A stretch of DNA of 64,000 bases from Paramecium tetraurelia (taxonomy: Eukaryota): the NCBI GenBank assembly GCA_000165425.1, contig CT868174.1, positions 434,001-498,000 on the forward strand, written 5' to 3'. The notes below the pieces were generated by a model. The model was not told where the DNA came from and did no database searches. It worked only from the letters and a program-made list of their open reading frames with translations. Both the position numbers and the translations under genes were made by a program. Below, piece by piece: positions 12,186 through 25,897 of this stretch. Position 1 is the first letter of the stretch. Every line of letters begins with the position of its first letter.

Positions 12186-14382
12186 ATGAAGAGTCAAAGT
12201 ATTTACAAGAAATCCAATCCAATCAGGTCCACTTGCATCAAGTCCATTGAAGCTAACCAAGAGTTCTACTTGGCAGTTATTGAATAATAGATGTGTGTGA
12301 GTATCTGTGCTTATAATGAATAAACTGGAGAAGTCTTTGTCACTTAATTTTTAGATTGCACCACTTTCAATATCACTTCATCCACAATCTTGAGATTTGC
12401 CCCCAAGATCTTGATCTCTATTGAAAATAATGAAAAAAGCATGTTTTTTAAATAATTGGAAGATGAATTGAATGATACTCTGATCTACTTTTTACCTCTC
12501 AATGTGTTGCAAATTAAATTCGAACTAAATCAATTTAGTAAATTTGTAAAATAATTAAATTAACTCCAATTATGCTATACTGCATTGTCCTACACTGTCA
12601 ATTAGCATTTGAATATCCAAATCACCAATTTTCCAGTTCAATTCTACAACATTAAAGAGGTCCTAGTATTCAACATTTAAACAACATTGAGTTTAGACAT
12701 CTTAAATCAATTGTATAAATTATTCAAGCCCATAACAAATGGAGGTAAGAGATTACTTAAAGCAAATCTACTCTAACCTTTTAGTACTTTACAAACGATT
12801 CACATAAGATAATAGAATGTAAAGGAAATGCTTGGCAAAGATGATTCTACTATTCAATCCTTGAAATCACACATGTTGAAATTCAAACAAGTTGATACTT
12901 TGGCTTGTTAATTGCAGAGCAAAAGTACTAAACTATAGGATCAATTATAATAAATATTCAAGATCTACAATTTCCAAAAGGACATAATAAATTTTACACA
13001 TTACTTGAACGATTAAAAATTGAATAATATCATGGATATAGATATCAATGGGATTTTAATGAGTGATGAATTCCAGAATATTCTAAAATAGATAGAGTAA
13101 TACATCGATGTAACTTTATAATTGAATAATATCGAGGAAGACACTCTATTTTTCATTATGTTAAACGAGAAATCAAATAATTTAAAATAGAATCGATTAT
13201 AATTTATAGCATTAAGATAGGAAATAAACAATCTATTTTAAAGGTTGATGTCATGTTTTTGTCTAAATTTGAAATGCAAGAAGCTTAAGACCAATGATAA
13301 TTCAATAAAATGTCTGAAAAGTGGGTACATCTTTGAATTATCTGTAAATGAAGCAAATAGAAACAACATAAATGAATTAGATATCAAGAGAATAGTTGAA
13401 AAAGAAAATGATTCAATCTCCTTTATTGATAAAAACAATAAAAAATACAGCATTCTTACTGAGAAACTTAAGGATCTAAACAATAAACTGAATGATTGCC
13501 AAATGAACATATTATAAGAAACCTAACTCTAAGTTAACAATTTGTATGAACAGATGCAGAAGTTTTGTTCTTGGATATTTTCTCTTAATTGTTTGATCAG
13601 TCAATTTGATATAGCACTTTGTATAAGAGATTATACAATTTAAAATGTATCAAATAAGTAATAGATGATATTCCCTCAATTTGATCATAACTAATTCATT
13701 ATCAAGGATGCGTCATACCTATACTCTGTGAATTCCCATGATACATTTAATAAGTTAACAGTTTCATTCAATTAATTTAATATCATTTATGATTACAAGG
13801 AGTGTTTATCAGAATAATTGAAACTAATAGGACAACTGATCATACTCTCACAAATTGGATGTACATTGCCTTGTTCACAATTCAAATAACAGTTGCTAAG
13901 TTGTATATACACTCATTTTCAAAAATATACTATCTAAAATTTAGCAGAGAGGTAATCTTCATTTACTGCTGAAATTTAATCATTGAACAATTTATTGGTT
14001 TCTGAATTGCGTGATTCCTTAATTCTATGTGACTCCTTAGCAATTTCATCTTCACATGAATCGAATGTGTCCTTTAGCATTTCATTTTTGGAGGCTATCT
14101 TCAAAAAAACTCACTTTGGTTTGTTTGGAACATAAAATTCTGATATCATGCAAATCAATGATTTAATTTAATGCAAATGCATGATATCAAATACTAATTA
14201 GATTGACTAAATCTAATCGAACGAATTGGAAGTAATTATTATTTGTTATCTAGCAAATTCTTGACGAGGAATTTAACTTAGATTACAAGTTGAAGTTACT
14301 AAATAAGCTACAATAAACCTTTGATTTCCCTTCAACCTTTTGTTTGATTTTTGAACGTAACTTTAATAAATAATATGCTTGA
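12186..14382 (+). CDS. MSH4: Divergent MutS homolog, MSH4-like, with degenerate ATPase motifs (~724 aa)
   Basis: Connector-like LAVIE..VSICAYNEQTGEVFVTQFLDCTTF; core TNGGKRLLKANLLQP..IHIRQQNVKEM; ATPase scaffold LIILSQIGCTLPC, SSFTAEI, SLILCDSL. No mismatch-binding domain I seen. One 22-nt intron at 14232-14253. Confidence 0.72.
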
Positions 14383-14568
14383 CAATACTAATAATTATTA
14401 TTTATTTTAAATTAAATACAGACTTTGATTTCTTATTCAGATTCAATCTAATCTTATGGAATTGTTATCAAAGAACGAGAGTGGGTATATTTTACAATTA
14501 CATAAGAAAATCAACCATAACTCTTAATTATTAAGTAGAATATATTTTATTACAATTATTAATGCTAT

Positions 14569-15362
14569 TCATAACTCATTACTACTGATTACTCTTGCTA
14601 CAATGACTGTAATATCATCGCTTTTTCCTCCCATAAACCTAATTCTTGATTTTTGAGCTCTTTTGGCAAAAGGAGAGCTGTATGATTTATCTAACGAATA
14701 TTAGAAGGATGTTTTTGCCAATAGTTAAGCAGAACTTTGACTGACTCCATATTCATTGATAATCTTCAAGATTTAATTCTCATCAAGATTATCATACAAT
14801 CCATCTGAACCCACTATTACAATATCATTGATCTGTAAAGTGTGCTCGAATTCTTAGGCTAATTAAGCACTATCTCCCTAAGGTCCCAATTAAAATGGGA
14901 AATTAAAGGAATGCTATTACTCCTGTGATTGATGCAATATTTCTTGATTTCGGATAATCGTATATCCACAGTCTCCAATATTAGCCACTTTCAGTATATT
15001 ATCAATTAACTTCATTAAAACCAATGTACTGCTTCCTAAAATGTGATTTGTTAATTCTGAAGCAATCTGCATAATCTCTTTAGGATTATCCAAATGAGAA
15101 TATTCCTTAATGCTTATGTTAAACCACATCTGTACTTTTCACAAAGAGTTTTTGAATACTTGGATGGATCAACTCCTTGATTATTCCAACCTCCAACTCC
15201 ATCTGCCACTGCTAGTAAATTCTCGTTTGCATAATAGGCATCCTCTCCTCCTTTAGCTACTTTATCTGGATGCGGAATGATGTGAACACTATTTACTCAA
15301 ATTCTATACAAGGATTGAAATTGCAAAGAGTAGACTTCAATAATAAATAATAAAAAAATCAT
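14569..15362 (-). CDS. PP2C/PPM phosphatase, PTC7 type
   Basis: IPHPDKVAKGGEDAY, AVADGVGGW, ANIGDCG, GSDGLYDN, GGKSDDITV. Introns at 15289-15309 and ~15115-15137. Confidence 0.92.
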
Positions 15363-16073
15363 TAATATAAAATATTCCTTATGTTGGGTAATTAGATAAT
15401 GATAAAATAATAGTTAAGAGGAAGATATCTATACTTTGATTGGACAGAAGAATCAAATATATAAAGCTCCATTTGCATTTCAACTAATTTGAATCAAACG
15501 ATAAATTATAATGATTACTAAATATGAGTGGCTTTGCATACTTATCTAAATACTGATGAGATGTAGTATCTTAAAGTTTGATTTGAAATTAATTCTGAAT
15601 GTCCTATTCTATTAACCTAAATGAGGCTTGAATATCCAAATTTTAAGGATTATGTAAATGTTAAAAGATTAAATTAAGATCATTATCCTATATATATTTG
15701 TTATCCAAATTTAAAAGATTTAAGTTAACCATAACGAATATTTGTAAGATTATAATTTTAATATATAATAAGAAATTAGGTTTGTATTAGGTATTTGTCT
15801 GAGAATAGGAATTTCAATGTGCAAATACTTTGATTTTGAAATTAATATAGTTTTTATATTTTTCCTAAATATTTTTATGGTCTAAACTGAATCTATATTT
15901 GATGACAAGGTTTAATTATTAATTTTTCAATATGAATTTTAATTCCTACCCTAAATGTGGACTGGTGATTCTAATTCTGATTAATTGATAAATAGAACTG
16001 ATTTCATCAAGCTTACTAATGTTCTTGAAAATTCAACAAATTTATTCATAATTTAAATATATATATAATTATT

Positions 16074-18807
16074 ATGCAATAAGCAAATCACGTAATCTAT
16101 GAGTTGGAAGATGATGATGATAATAATAAGTAACAGACTTCTAAGCAGGTAAGGAATTTTATTATTTGATTTAGTAAATCAGGATTGATAGAAAATTAGG
16201 AGCAGTTTCTTATAAAAAGTGGGGGACATTATATAACTACTATTTCTCCTTCAATTTGAAAAAGGGAAGATTATTGTGCTATAAAACGCAGACATCTTCC
16301 TCTTACAATAATTACTACTCGTTAAACAAAGGGGATTTTGTCAAGGATGAATCAGAAATTACTCGATTTGAAAACAGTTTAAAGAAAAAGAAAAATTATG
16401 AGTTTGTTCAAAATTAGAAGGTACATATGAATGAGTGAATTTAGTTAATAATTTATGTTCGAACAGCAAAGGGAAGGATTTTCAAATTGCTAATCGATGA
16501 AAATGAGAATTACGATAAGATTGTGGGGTATTTGCAAATTTGTTTCTCCTCTAAAATTTAAAGTGTGAATTCATTTTTTGCTTTGCTTGGAGTTGGATTA
16601 GTTAAGGTGAATGATGAAGAATTTAAATTAACTACTGGTATCTTTGTATCTTTGAATGATTGGTCAAAAACAAATAACAATAAATATTTATTAATGAACC
16701 ATGATTAAGGCTTAAATTTATTAATAAGCAATATTGAGTTATTAGGTGGAATAATAGGTTCATTCTATAGAACCTAAAATCTTTTAGGAATCATCTTTAA
16801 CCCATTCACTCAGACCATTGATATCGTTTTATTTGATAATATAAAGTAAGTAATAAATCCTAAATATCTTTAGTCCTAAAACACTATTGCAGGGAGTCTT
16901 CAAATTAGTAAAATTTAGTAAGAAACAAATCCAACCATCAGGGAGAGGTTAGCTTTTGAAATTGAAGACTGATATGAATGAAGTCAAGGACAATCATTAT
17001 GTGGAAATAGCATAAAGTGAAAATGTCAAAATATACATACACAATGCACATCTTAATATATCAGATTATGATTTGGTTTAAGGATCTATGTTTACATCTT
17101 AATATATAGATGATGAAAATGATTTGGATGCAGACAAACTGCTATCAAACACAGCCTTAGAATTCTATAAAAAGGAATACAAAGTGATAAACACTAATGA
17201 AGATGAAACTAAAGAGTTTATTATTGTTAACAAATAGCAAAAGCAAATGAATTTCAATAACTTTGCTTCGCCTAGATGCAACAAAAGATAGGTGTCCATA
17301 ACTACAGAAGATGTCAATGATGAAAACTAAGGCCAAGGTGTTTAGATAGCAAAAAGCATAAAAATACACATGCATAGATCAGATCAAAATATTAGTTAAT
17401 TTCCAAACATTACACCTCCCAAATTAGAATTCATCACTGAATTTCAAACTGGATGCTTTAATAATATTGACAGCATTGATTAGGTCCAATAAAATCTATT
17501 CTAATAAGAATAAATAAAATAAAATGGAAACCAAGAACAAAATATACCGTTACAATAAAATCAAGAAATTGAATAATCTAAAATACTCTAATGTTAAGCA
17601 TAAGAATAAGACAATGATTCAGAAGAAATCGATTTGGTTAAATTTTCAATTGTTTTTGAAGCTTCAGAACATAGTCCATATAGAGATTTCAATTCTATCA
17701 TGAATTACGCAGTTAATTTTAAGAAAATTGATTACAAGGATGAATATAGAGTTAGCATTGCTCATAAGAGTGGAGGAACAGCTTGTTAAGATAAGAAGAT
17801 GATTGAATTAGCAAGAAGTGTTGGCAAAAATATGATTAAACAGGTAGGTTAGAAATTGTTAAGTGGTAATTTCAATCTTACATAAGTGTCATTTCCAGTA
17901 ATTTAATGTCTTAACTATTTTAGATTAAAGCTATGATTCCGAAATCTGCCTTAGAGAAAACCTTTATGTAAACAATTCTCTTTCCACTTTATATGAATAA
18001 GGCAGCATCCATTTAAGACCCTCTGGAAAGAATGAAACTCTCTATTGTTGGATTACTTTCCAATTATATTTAAGCTAACTCTTTTCTAAAGCCTCTCAAT
18101 CCTATTTTAGGAGAAACCTTTGAGGGAGGCTATGAAGACGGCACTTAATTGTTTTGTGAATAAGTACCTATTAAGATTCTATATGTTAGATATCGCATCA
18201 TCCTCCACTCTCTTATTTCTTAGTTTTTGGACCAAAAAAATCATATAAATTCTATGGATATTCCCTTTATGAAGCCAAGGCAGGATTCAATTCTCTAACT
18301 ATACTAAATCATGGAAAAAGAACGATATAATTTAATGACTAAAAAATCCAATGCACCTTCTCATCAGAACATTACTCTGGCACTTTCTTAGGAACAATGA
18401 AAAATGAATCACAAGGATCTCTTTAATTTATAGATGATGCCAATAGTAAATAGTTTAATTTATCAGTAGATTTAAAATGTACGGTTTAATTGGGGAAAGT
18501 CAAGAGTAAACCAACTGATTATTTTGAAGGGGAAATAAAAAGAGGTAAAACCACTTTGAGTAAATTATTTGGATCCTACATGGGTTTTGCTGATTTTGAT
18601 GGTATTAGATATTGGGATGCCCGAGTTATCAAACCCTTTGCAATGCAAATATTAAAATCTAATTTAGATTCTGATCACACCAAAAGAACGGATAGAATCC
18701 TTATGATATAAGGAGATATGGATAAAGCACAATCTGAAAAGGAAAGATTGGAATAACTTCAAAGAAAAGACACAGCCTTGAGAAAGGCTTCAAGGTAAAA
18801 TGATTGA
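16074..18807 (+). CDS. Oxysterol-binding protein family member with a probable N-terminal PH-like domain
   Basis: Continuous after removing tiny introns (16149-16174, 16421-16444 and others). NLTQVSFP, KPLNPILGETF, EQISHHPP OSBP signature, AQSEKERLEQLQR. TGA at 18805-18807. Confidence 0.88.
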
Positions 18808-18940
18808 ATTTCTTTTTAATTAATTATATGTATTGTAAAATATTAAGAATGCATTATTTATTTACTCATAAAAAAGAGCGAAAGAATAGAAATATTTGTA
18901 TGTCAATATATAAAATTAAAAGTATTTCAAAATCATAAAA

Positions 18941-19972
18941 TCACTTAAACCCAAAGCATAGTAATAGCATTACCAGGAACTCAACTGGTTATACTATGTA
19001 AACTGCTAGTGGAACTACTTAAGTTATATCATCTTCGTATATTGACGTGAGTACTATTATTGAATCTAAAACTAAAAGAGCAATTATTTCTAAAACTTGT
19101 TTCCATAACTCTCTCTTTTTTGTTTAACGATATAATTTAACATCTTCATTCTCTCTTTTCTTTTATTTATAATGATATTTCATGTCTAATAATGTACTTA
19201 TAGTAGAAACCACAATCAATTTTCCATTTAAATTATAGATATAAATCAAAACTGTCCATACAAGCCAAACTAAGAGTGTAAAAAGATAAATTATAAATGT
19301 ATGAACTCCAAAAGTGAATAGCAATTAAATAATTAAGTAAGCAATCATTATAATAAAAGAGTTCTCTTTCAAAATACACAGCTTAGAATCATGACCATTA
19401 TATTTATCTCTGCAAACGTAGCAATATTCATGATTACAAGATTTACAAGTCATATGATTGCATCCACCATTTTTCATAATTTAAACATCGCAATTAGGGC
19501 AACGGTGAGCATAATAAAACTCTTAGAAAAAACATAAAAAGTCATTCTTTATGTCCTTCAAAAACAAAATAAAAATCTTATTGATTGATAAGCATTGTTT
19601 GTCATACCATTTATAATTACAAGTTTCGCATTCTAAAAATTCTTTGCACCTGCTAGATGGTAAAAAGCCATAAGATTTGCAAACTTTATTTGGACAAGAT
19701 CGGATATCTTGACAACTTTACAAATAATTTTTAAATGCAATTTCATGGTACCTATCCAATAAGCTTTGTTCTATGATTTCTTTTAGAAAATTTTGGATTG
19801 AACTAGGTTTATTACACTAATAATTTAAGCAATTAAAGTTCTCTTTTAAGAGTTTTTCTGGATTTTATTCAAACCAATTAAATACACAATTATAACAGTA
19901 TCTGCATTCACAGCTTTTTCCTATTACAAAGTTTAAAGTATATTATAAACAAATTATACAAGGATCTTCCAT
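18941..19972 (-). CDS. RBR (RING-IBR-RING) E3 ubiquitin ligase with hydrophobic C-terminal TM segments
   Basis: MEDPCIIC..C.C.YCYNC, RSCPNKVC..CETC, HRCPNC..KNGGCNHMTCKSCNHEYCYVC (catalytic Cys intact), then several hydrophobic stretches. 344 codons in code 6. Confidence 0.85.
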
Positions 19973-20299
19973 CTTAATTATAATTATTATTCTTTATTAA
20001 TAATAAATTTGATATAAAACAAGCAATTCTGATGCATTATGATGTATTGATTTGATTATAATTTAAATTTTATAATGTTATATTATAAAAATGCATTTAG
20101 ATAACTGTTATATTTTTAATATAAAATGAATAACTATCTTAACATCACCAAAAAGAATATAAAAAATTAAATTTAATTTAATATTTTTGATTAACAAAGC
20201 CTAGAGAATTATTTTGTTGATTTAAAGTTTTTATTTTGAAGTATCTAATTATTCTGATTCCCCTCGAAATATTTTATAATATTAAGAAAAGAATTTGAA

Positions 20300-21320
20300 T
20301 CCTTAAATTACTTAGGATATATGATCTAGTAATAGAGAAGAATTCAGAATTATAAAGAATTACTAATAATTAGGAATATATTTAATTAAGAATATAAAGA
20401 AACCAGATACTTTAAATAATTGAAATTTTGGAATATTGATTTGATTTTGTGATAAGTCATTTTCTGGAATCTGGTATAATTGTGTATTATATTTCTAAAT
20501 TGAACATTAAGGCGTCAATGTCAATCAAGACAGCCAGGACACACACTATGAACAAGATAATGGACAATCTTTGTTTTGTCTTTTAAATGTTGTAAAATAA
20601 TAATTGAATAAATATTGCTTTAATGTCTTCTGGGGGTGATGTGTTATATAAGTTCTACAACCTATAATAATTATTATTATATTGGACGGTAACATTTGGA
20701 GGGTACTTTTCTTATGTATAATTCCAATTAACAAAGTCGCCTAGTGGTTTAGATGGCAATTTAATCCAGACACTTAAACCCTTTGCTCTTTATTAAAGCA
20801 ATTCTCCTCTCTGATTAATTAAATTGGTCATTTGAAATATGAACAACTATATTAAGAAGCATAATATAAGCAAAATTTAATTAATTGATGTTGATTACTC
20901 CAGATAGGTTAAAGCATAAATGTAGGCTAATTCAATTTCTCTAAACATTATATTTTTCAATGAATTCTCTAATGTAAAATGCCTTTCTTTTTGATTTTTG
21001 GTACCCACATAGATATACATAACCAACCTAATTGTAAGGATCATTACTGATAACACATAATAACTTATGATGGCAGGGAGACAATTCTAAAATTGGTCAA
21101 AAACAAATAAACTGCGTCTAAACAGTAGATTGCGTAGACCATATTAAAGATCATTTAATTGGATGAAAAGAATTCAGTTTTGCATAATTTCTTCAATAAT
21201 TTTCTCAATATTGCAATAGAGCCTAACAAAGTGATTTTAGTTATTCCAAATGTTAAGAGTGTTGTAATGGCTATAAATGCAAATTAAAATTCATAATACA
21301 ATTTACGTTGAAACGTTGAA
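20300..21320 (+). pseudogene. Possible decayed gene remnant
   Basis: Coding-like composition in ~1 kb without an intact frame. In-frame TGA breaks (e.g. TTA-TGA-TGG near 21067, GGA-TGA-AAA near 21164). No domain recognised. Confidence 0.25.
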
Positions 21321-21430
21321 TTGTATATATCTGTAATTCTTTGAACTCTTTAATAATCTAATTACATTTGTTTTAATATTAATAATAATGAGTAATAAAA
21401 ACAAAAATTCATTTGTTATTGAATTATTCT

Positions 21431-22157
21431 TCAATCATAAAATGATTGTCTAAACGATCTCAGTGATCTCATTTATTTATTATTAGTCAATCTCCTCTCT
21501 GAGTTGTTGTTGCTTAGAACATGCTATTCTTATTAATCTTGTAAGATTTTTCGAGGAGACATAAAATAACTATTTTTATTTAATTTTTTCATTTATTCTT
21601 TTAATAACTCAAATTTCTTTTGATCATCCTCCTTAATCTTTTAATCACGCAGTATTTTTCTATTTTGAATTATTTTATTTAAATCTTCTTTACATTTAAT
21701 AAGCGAACCTTTTTTGTTATAATTAACAATTTTATTAAAACATTGACTATACTAACTTTACTCATGTCTCAATTAAGTGCTCTTGCTTCTCTGAAACTTG
21801 CTTCTATCTTCTTCCAAAAAATTAATACTTGAACTGATTAATTAGTATACTAATTTTCCTAAAGAATTTTGCTATTGGGGTATTAATAGAAATAGCTTCT
21901 TGCATTGTATGATATTAGTATATTCAATCTTTCTTTCTAGAATAGTTTCCACCATTTGATTTAAACTGCAGCTCATCAATAATTAAGCCAATAGCCAATC
22001 TTTAGTTTTAACTCCCTTGACCAATAAAATAAATGCTTAGACACATTAAAACACATCAGTTGCAGGTTTTGCAATCTAGTTTCAATTAGAAACATTTTAC
22101 AAGAAATTTGTTTTTATTCAGTTATTTTGCTATTAATCTAATAGATTCTTAAGCCAT
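21431..22157 (-). CDS. Hypothetical protein (~233 aa)
   Basis: ATG at 22157 (MAQESIRLIAK). One 25-nt GT..TAG intron near 22077-22101 restores a frame ending at TGA 21431-21433. No recognised domain. Confidence 0.6.
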
Positions 22158-22602
22158 TCAGAAAGATAATTAAAATTATAAAAAGTATTATTTAATAAAC
22201 ATTATGTTCAATTCACAATAGAGATGCATTTATCTCAAAATTCACTTTTAAGCTAGTGAGGGAAATTAATATGAAAGTGGAAATGCAATGATAAAACAAA
22301 AGGTTATTAAGTTATTATAATACAATTGATTCTCTATTTACAACAAGATTAATACTATTCAAAGTGAATTATAAATTGAAATATTTATAGTAGACAGATG
22401 CATTTTGAAATTTAATACAGATTTTTGGAATATTTATAAGTTAAAACCTGGTTGATCATTTAAACCATTTGAAATAAGATGCATAATTCGATATTTTATG
22501 TTGGATTTCATTTTTTTGATAGCTGGACTCTGTTAGGAATGGTTTGAATTAGTGTATATAAATAAATTTTAATATATATCTTTGATTATATTAATTTTAA
22601 TA

Positions 22603-25600
22603 ATGAGCAGAACTGCATCAAGATAGTAGAGCAGAGCTTCGATTATGCAACCTTAAGGGTAAGCAACGACCCAACAAACCTAATAACCGGTTTCTACAAG
22701 TGCTCCAAAACCTTTGCCTTAAGCACCCGTTTCTAATGAAAGAAAATGGCTTGGCAAGAATCCAGAAGTGGTGTGCTTTTTACTTGCTTTGGAGAATGAT
22801 AGGTTGGTGAGGGAGAACAATGACTTGGTTAAATACATCAACGAATTGAAACAAAGTAGTGGAGGGACACTTGATTAGTTCAATCAACTAAAGAAATAAT
22901 ATGAGGAAGCATTGCAATAGATTAACAAATAGAAGTAAGACTTATAAGTGAATTTAGAATTGACATAGATGAATTAAACAAGAGGATACGTTCATTGGAG
23001 TAGGAATTGAGTGATGCCAAAAGCAAATACGGACAAGTGGATTAAACTTTACCATAGAAATTAGCAGATGCAGAGAAGAAATGGAAGGAGTTCGAGAGTT
23101 TGTACAATAACTTAAAGTTGAAATACGACACAGATATAAGGGATTGGCAATTGAAGTACGACGAGTTGAATAGAAAGGCATTGGATTGGGAAAGAAGATA
23201 CGGTATCTTGGAATAGTAGATGAAGCAAATGCAAGATGATCACGAATTAGAATTAAGGTCAAGTGGAGATTCAGCCAAATAGTACGAGGATCAACTGAGG
23301 GAATGGGAATTGAAATAAAATGATTGGGATAATAAGTAAAAGGCTTTGAGGGCAGAATAAGACAGATTGAACCAACTACTAAAAAACAAGGATGATGAAT
23401 ATGAAAGATTGAAGGCTCAATTGTTGGCTGCCCAAAGAGAGTTGGATGACTATAAAAATAAGTTAAGGGAAAGTGATTAGGCATCTGGATCAAAATTCAC
23501 AGAGTATGAAAGTAAGATTGCTGAGTTGAGATTACAAAATCAATAATTGAATTAGGATTTGGAGAGGTTGAAAAAGAGATATTAAGATTTGGAGGATTAA
23601 TTAAATAGATTGCAATCATAAAATTAGAGTTAGGACTCAAAGGTTAGTGAATTGTAATCCAAGTGTGGAAATTTAGAAAATGAAGTTGAGAAGTTGAATA
23701 ATGATTTAAGAGATAAGGAATAAGAAATTACTAAATTGCAAGGAAAACAAATGTAATTGGAATAAAGAAATAAAGAATTGACAGATGAAAATAATCTACT
23801 GAGAAAGAAGGTTGCTGATTAGAAGGCTGAAATTGAAAGATTGGAATTGGAATTAAGATAGAAAATAAGTGAAATTGAATATTATAATTTGAATCTAGTG
23901 AATCAAGATGAAAGAAACAAATAACTGTTAAATTAGGTAGATGATCTCTAATTTTAATTATAAGATTTCAAAACTAATTATTAATAATTAGAAGAAGACT
24001 TTAATAGATTATAAAAGAAAAATGAAGACTTGGAGAATAAATGCGCTTTGTTCTCTGCTGAAATCGATAGAATGAAGAATATTATCAAATTGAAGAATTA
24101 AGACTTAGAAAAATTGAGAAGACAAATAGGATCACTTGAAATTGAGAAGAAGTTCTTTGAATAATAGATTGAAGATTTGCTCAATAAGATGAAGTAGATG
24201 CAAGATGAAATTGTCAAACTCAATGAGTTATTGAAGGAAAGACTCAAGCAATTACAATAATAGAATAACACCATTATATCCTTAAATCATTAATTAGGGG
24301 AGATGAAAGCATTGCAAACCTATTGTGATTAACAGGATAAGAGAATTAATGAAACAACTAATAAACTTAATGAGGCCTTGTTGTAATTGTAATTCAAGGA
24401 TATTGAGTTGATGAACATATCAGCATTATAGGCTTCAATATAAGAGAGAGAAAAATAAGCTGAATTATTGAATAATGAAATTGTTAGATTGTAAAATGAT
24501 ATCATCAATAAATTGAAAGAATCAGATGATTAAAAGGAACAAATCAAAAAACTCAACGATGAAATTGCAAGGTTGAAGACTCAAGAATAAAATCTTCATG
24601 ATATTGAAAGAAAACTACAAAATGCTGTCGAAGAAATTAACAGATTGGAATCTCAAAAATCTGATTTGGAAAATCAAGTTTCTGTTAATAGATAATCATC
24701 ACCTAAACATACCATCACCAAAGAGATACGCATTGAAAAAACCTCTGTTTAAGTAGATACAACAGAGATTGATAAACTTAAACAAGACTTAAGATAGAAA
24801 TAATTTGAATTGGATTAATTGAACAATTAATTATTGATCTCTTAAAATGCATTAAAGTCTGCTGAAGACTATATTGCAGTCCTATTAAATAGAATTAATA
24901 TCTTGAATAAAGAAAATGAAGACATGCTCTAAGGAAAACAATAATTGGAAATCCAAGTTCAAGATACCAGAACACTTCAAGATAAACTCTAGAATTTAGA
25001 AAAGCAATTAACTTAATTTAGAAATGACAATGAAAGAATCTTAAGGGAATTCAAAGAGAAGAGCAAATTATATGATGATGCAAGATAAAAAATTAGTAAA
25101 TTAGAAGCCTAAGCCACCGAAGCAAGAGAATTGTAAGCCAAATTAAGAGAAATCGAAAACAAATTAGTATTTGCTTAAACCAATCAAGAAAGATTGACTG
25201 CATAATTAGCTGAAAAAACTGAAGAAAACAACAATTTGAAATAGAATTTGTAAATTGCCAACAATGAAATCACCAAATTGAGTGAACAACTACAACAACT
25301 ATCAGAATAGTAATTTAATTTCTTATCATTTATCTAGAGAACGTTTATTGAAAGAACAAGTTAACCATTTATTATAAGACAAAGATGCCTTGGATAATCT
25401 TAAGAGACAACATGAAGTTCTTATTGCTGACATCTCAAAGGCTAATTAAAATATTGATCAATTGTAATTTTTTATTTTTATTGCTCTCTAGGAGCATAGA
25501 AAGGGATTCTTTGGATAATTAACTCAAATAGAATTAACAAGAACTTGAGAAATTGAGAATATTATAAGAGAAGGTAATTTTGCAATATAATCATGTTAGG

Positions 25601-25820
25601 TTAGATTCTTGGGTGGAGAATGCAATAAATTGAATGATAAATTGGGTAGGGCTGAAAATGAATTGGATAACTTTAGAAAGAGAGGATAAGAGAATTCCGA
25701 TCTTAACAAATAGTAATAAGATTAAATAATTTATTTAGAATAATAGACAAAAATGGTTAAATCGAGAGACTAAATAAAGAGTTAGAAAATCTAAGAAAAT
25801 AATTAGATGGTAATTATTGA
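22603..25820 (+). CDS. Long coiled-coil protein (probable cortical/cytoskeletal)
   Basis: MSRTASR.. start, VVCFLLALENDRL, about 1000 codons of heptad-like E/K/Q/L sequence including ENKCALFSAEIDRM. Tiny introns near the 3' end; TGA at 25818-25820. Confidence 0.85.
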
Positions 25821-25897
25821 TATAAGTTAATTTAACATTAAAACAATAAAACACATTCTTGAAATGAGTTCTTTTATAAAATTAATTTATTCTTTTG

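Noticed and set aside
22954..23493. 179-aa minus-strand ORF, the longest in the track
   Set aside because: Antisense shadow of the purine-rich coiled-coil gene; no domain.
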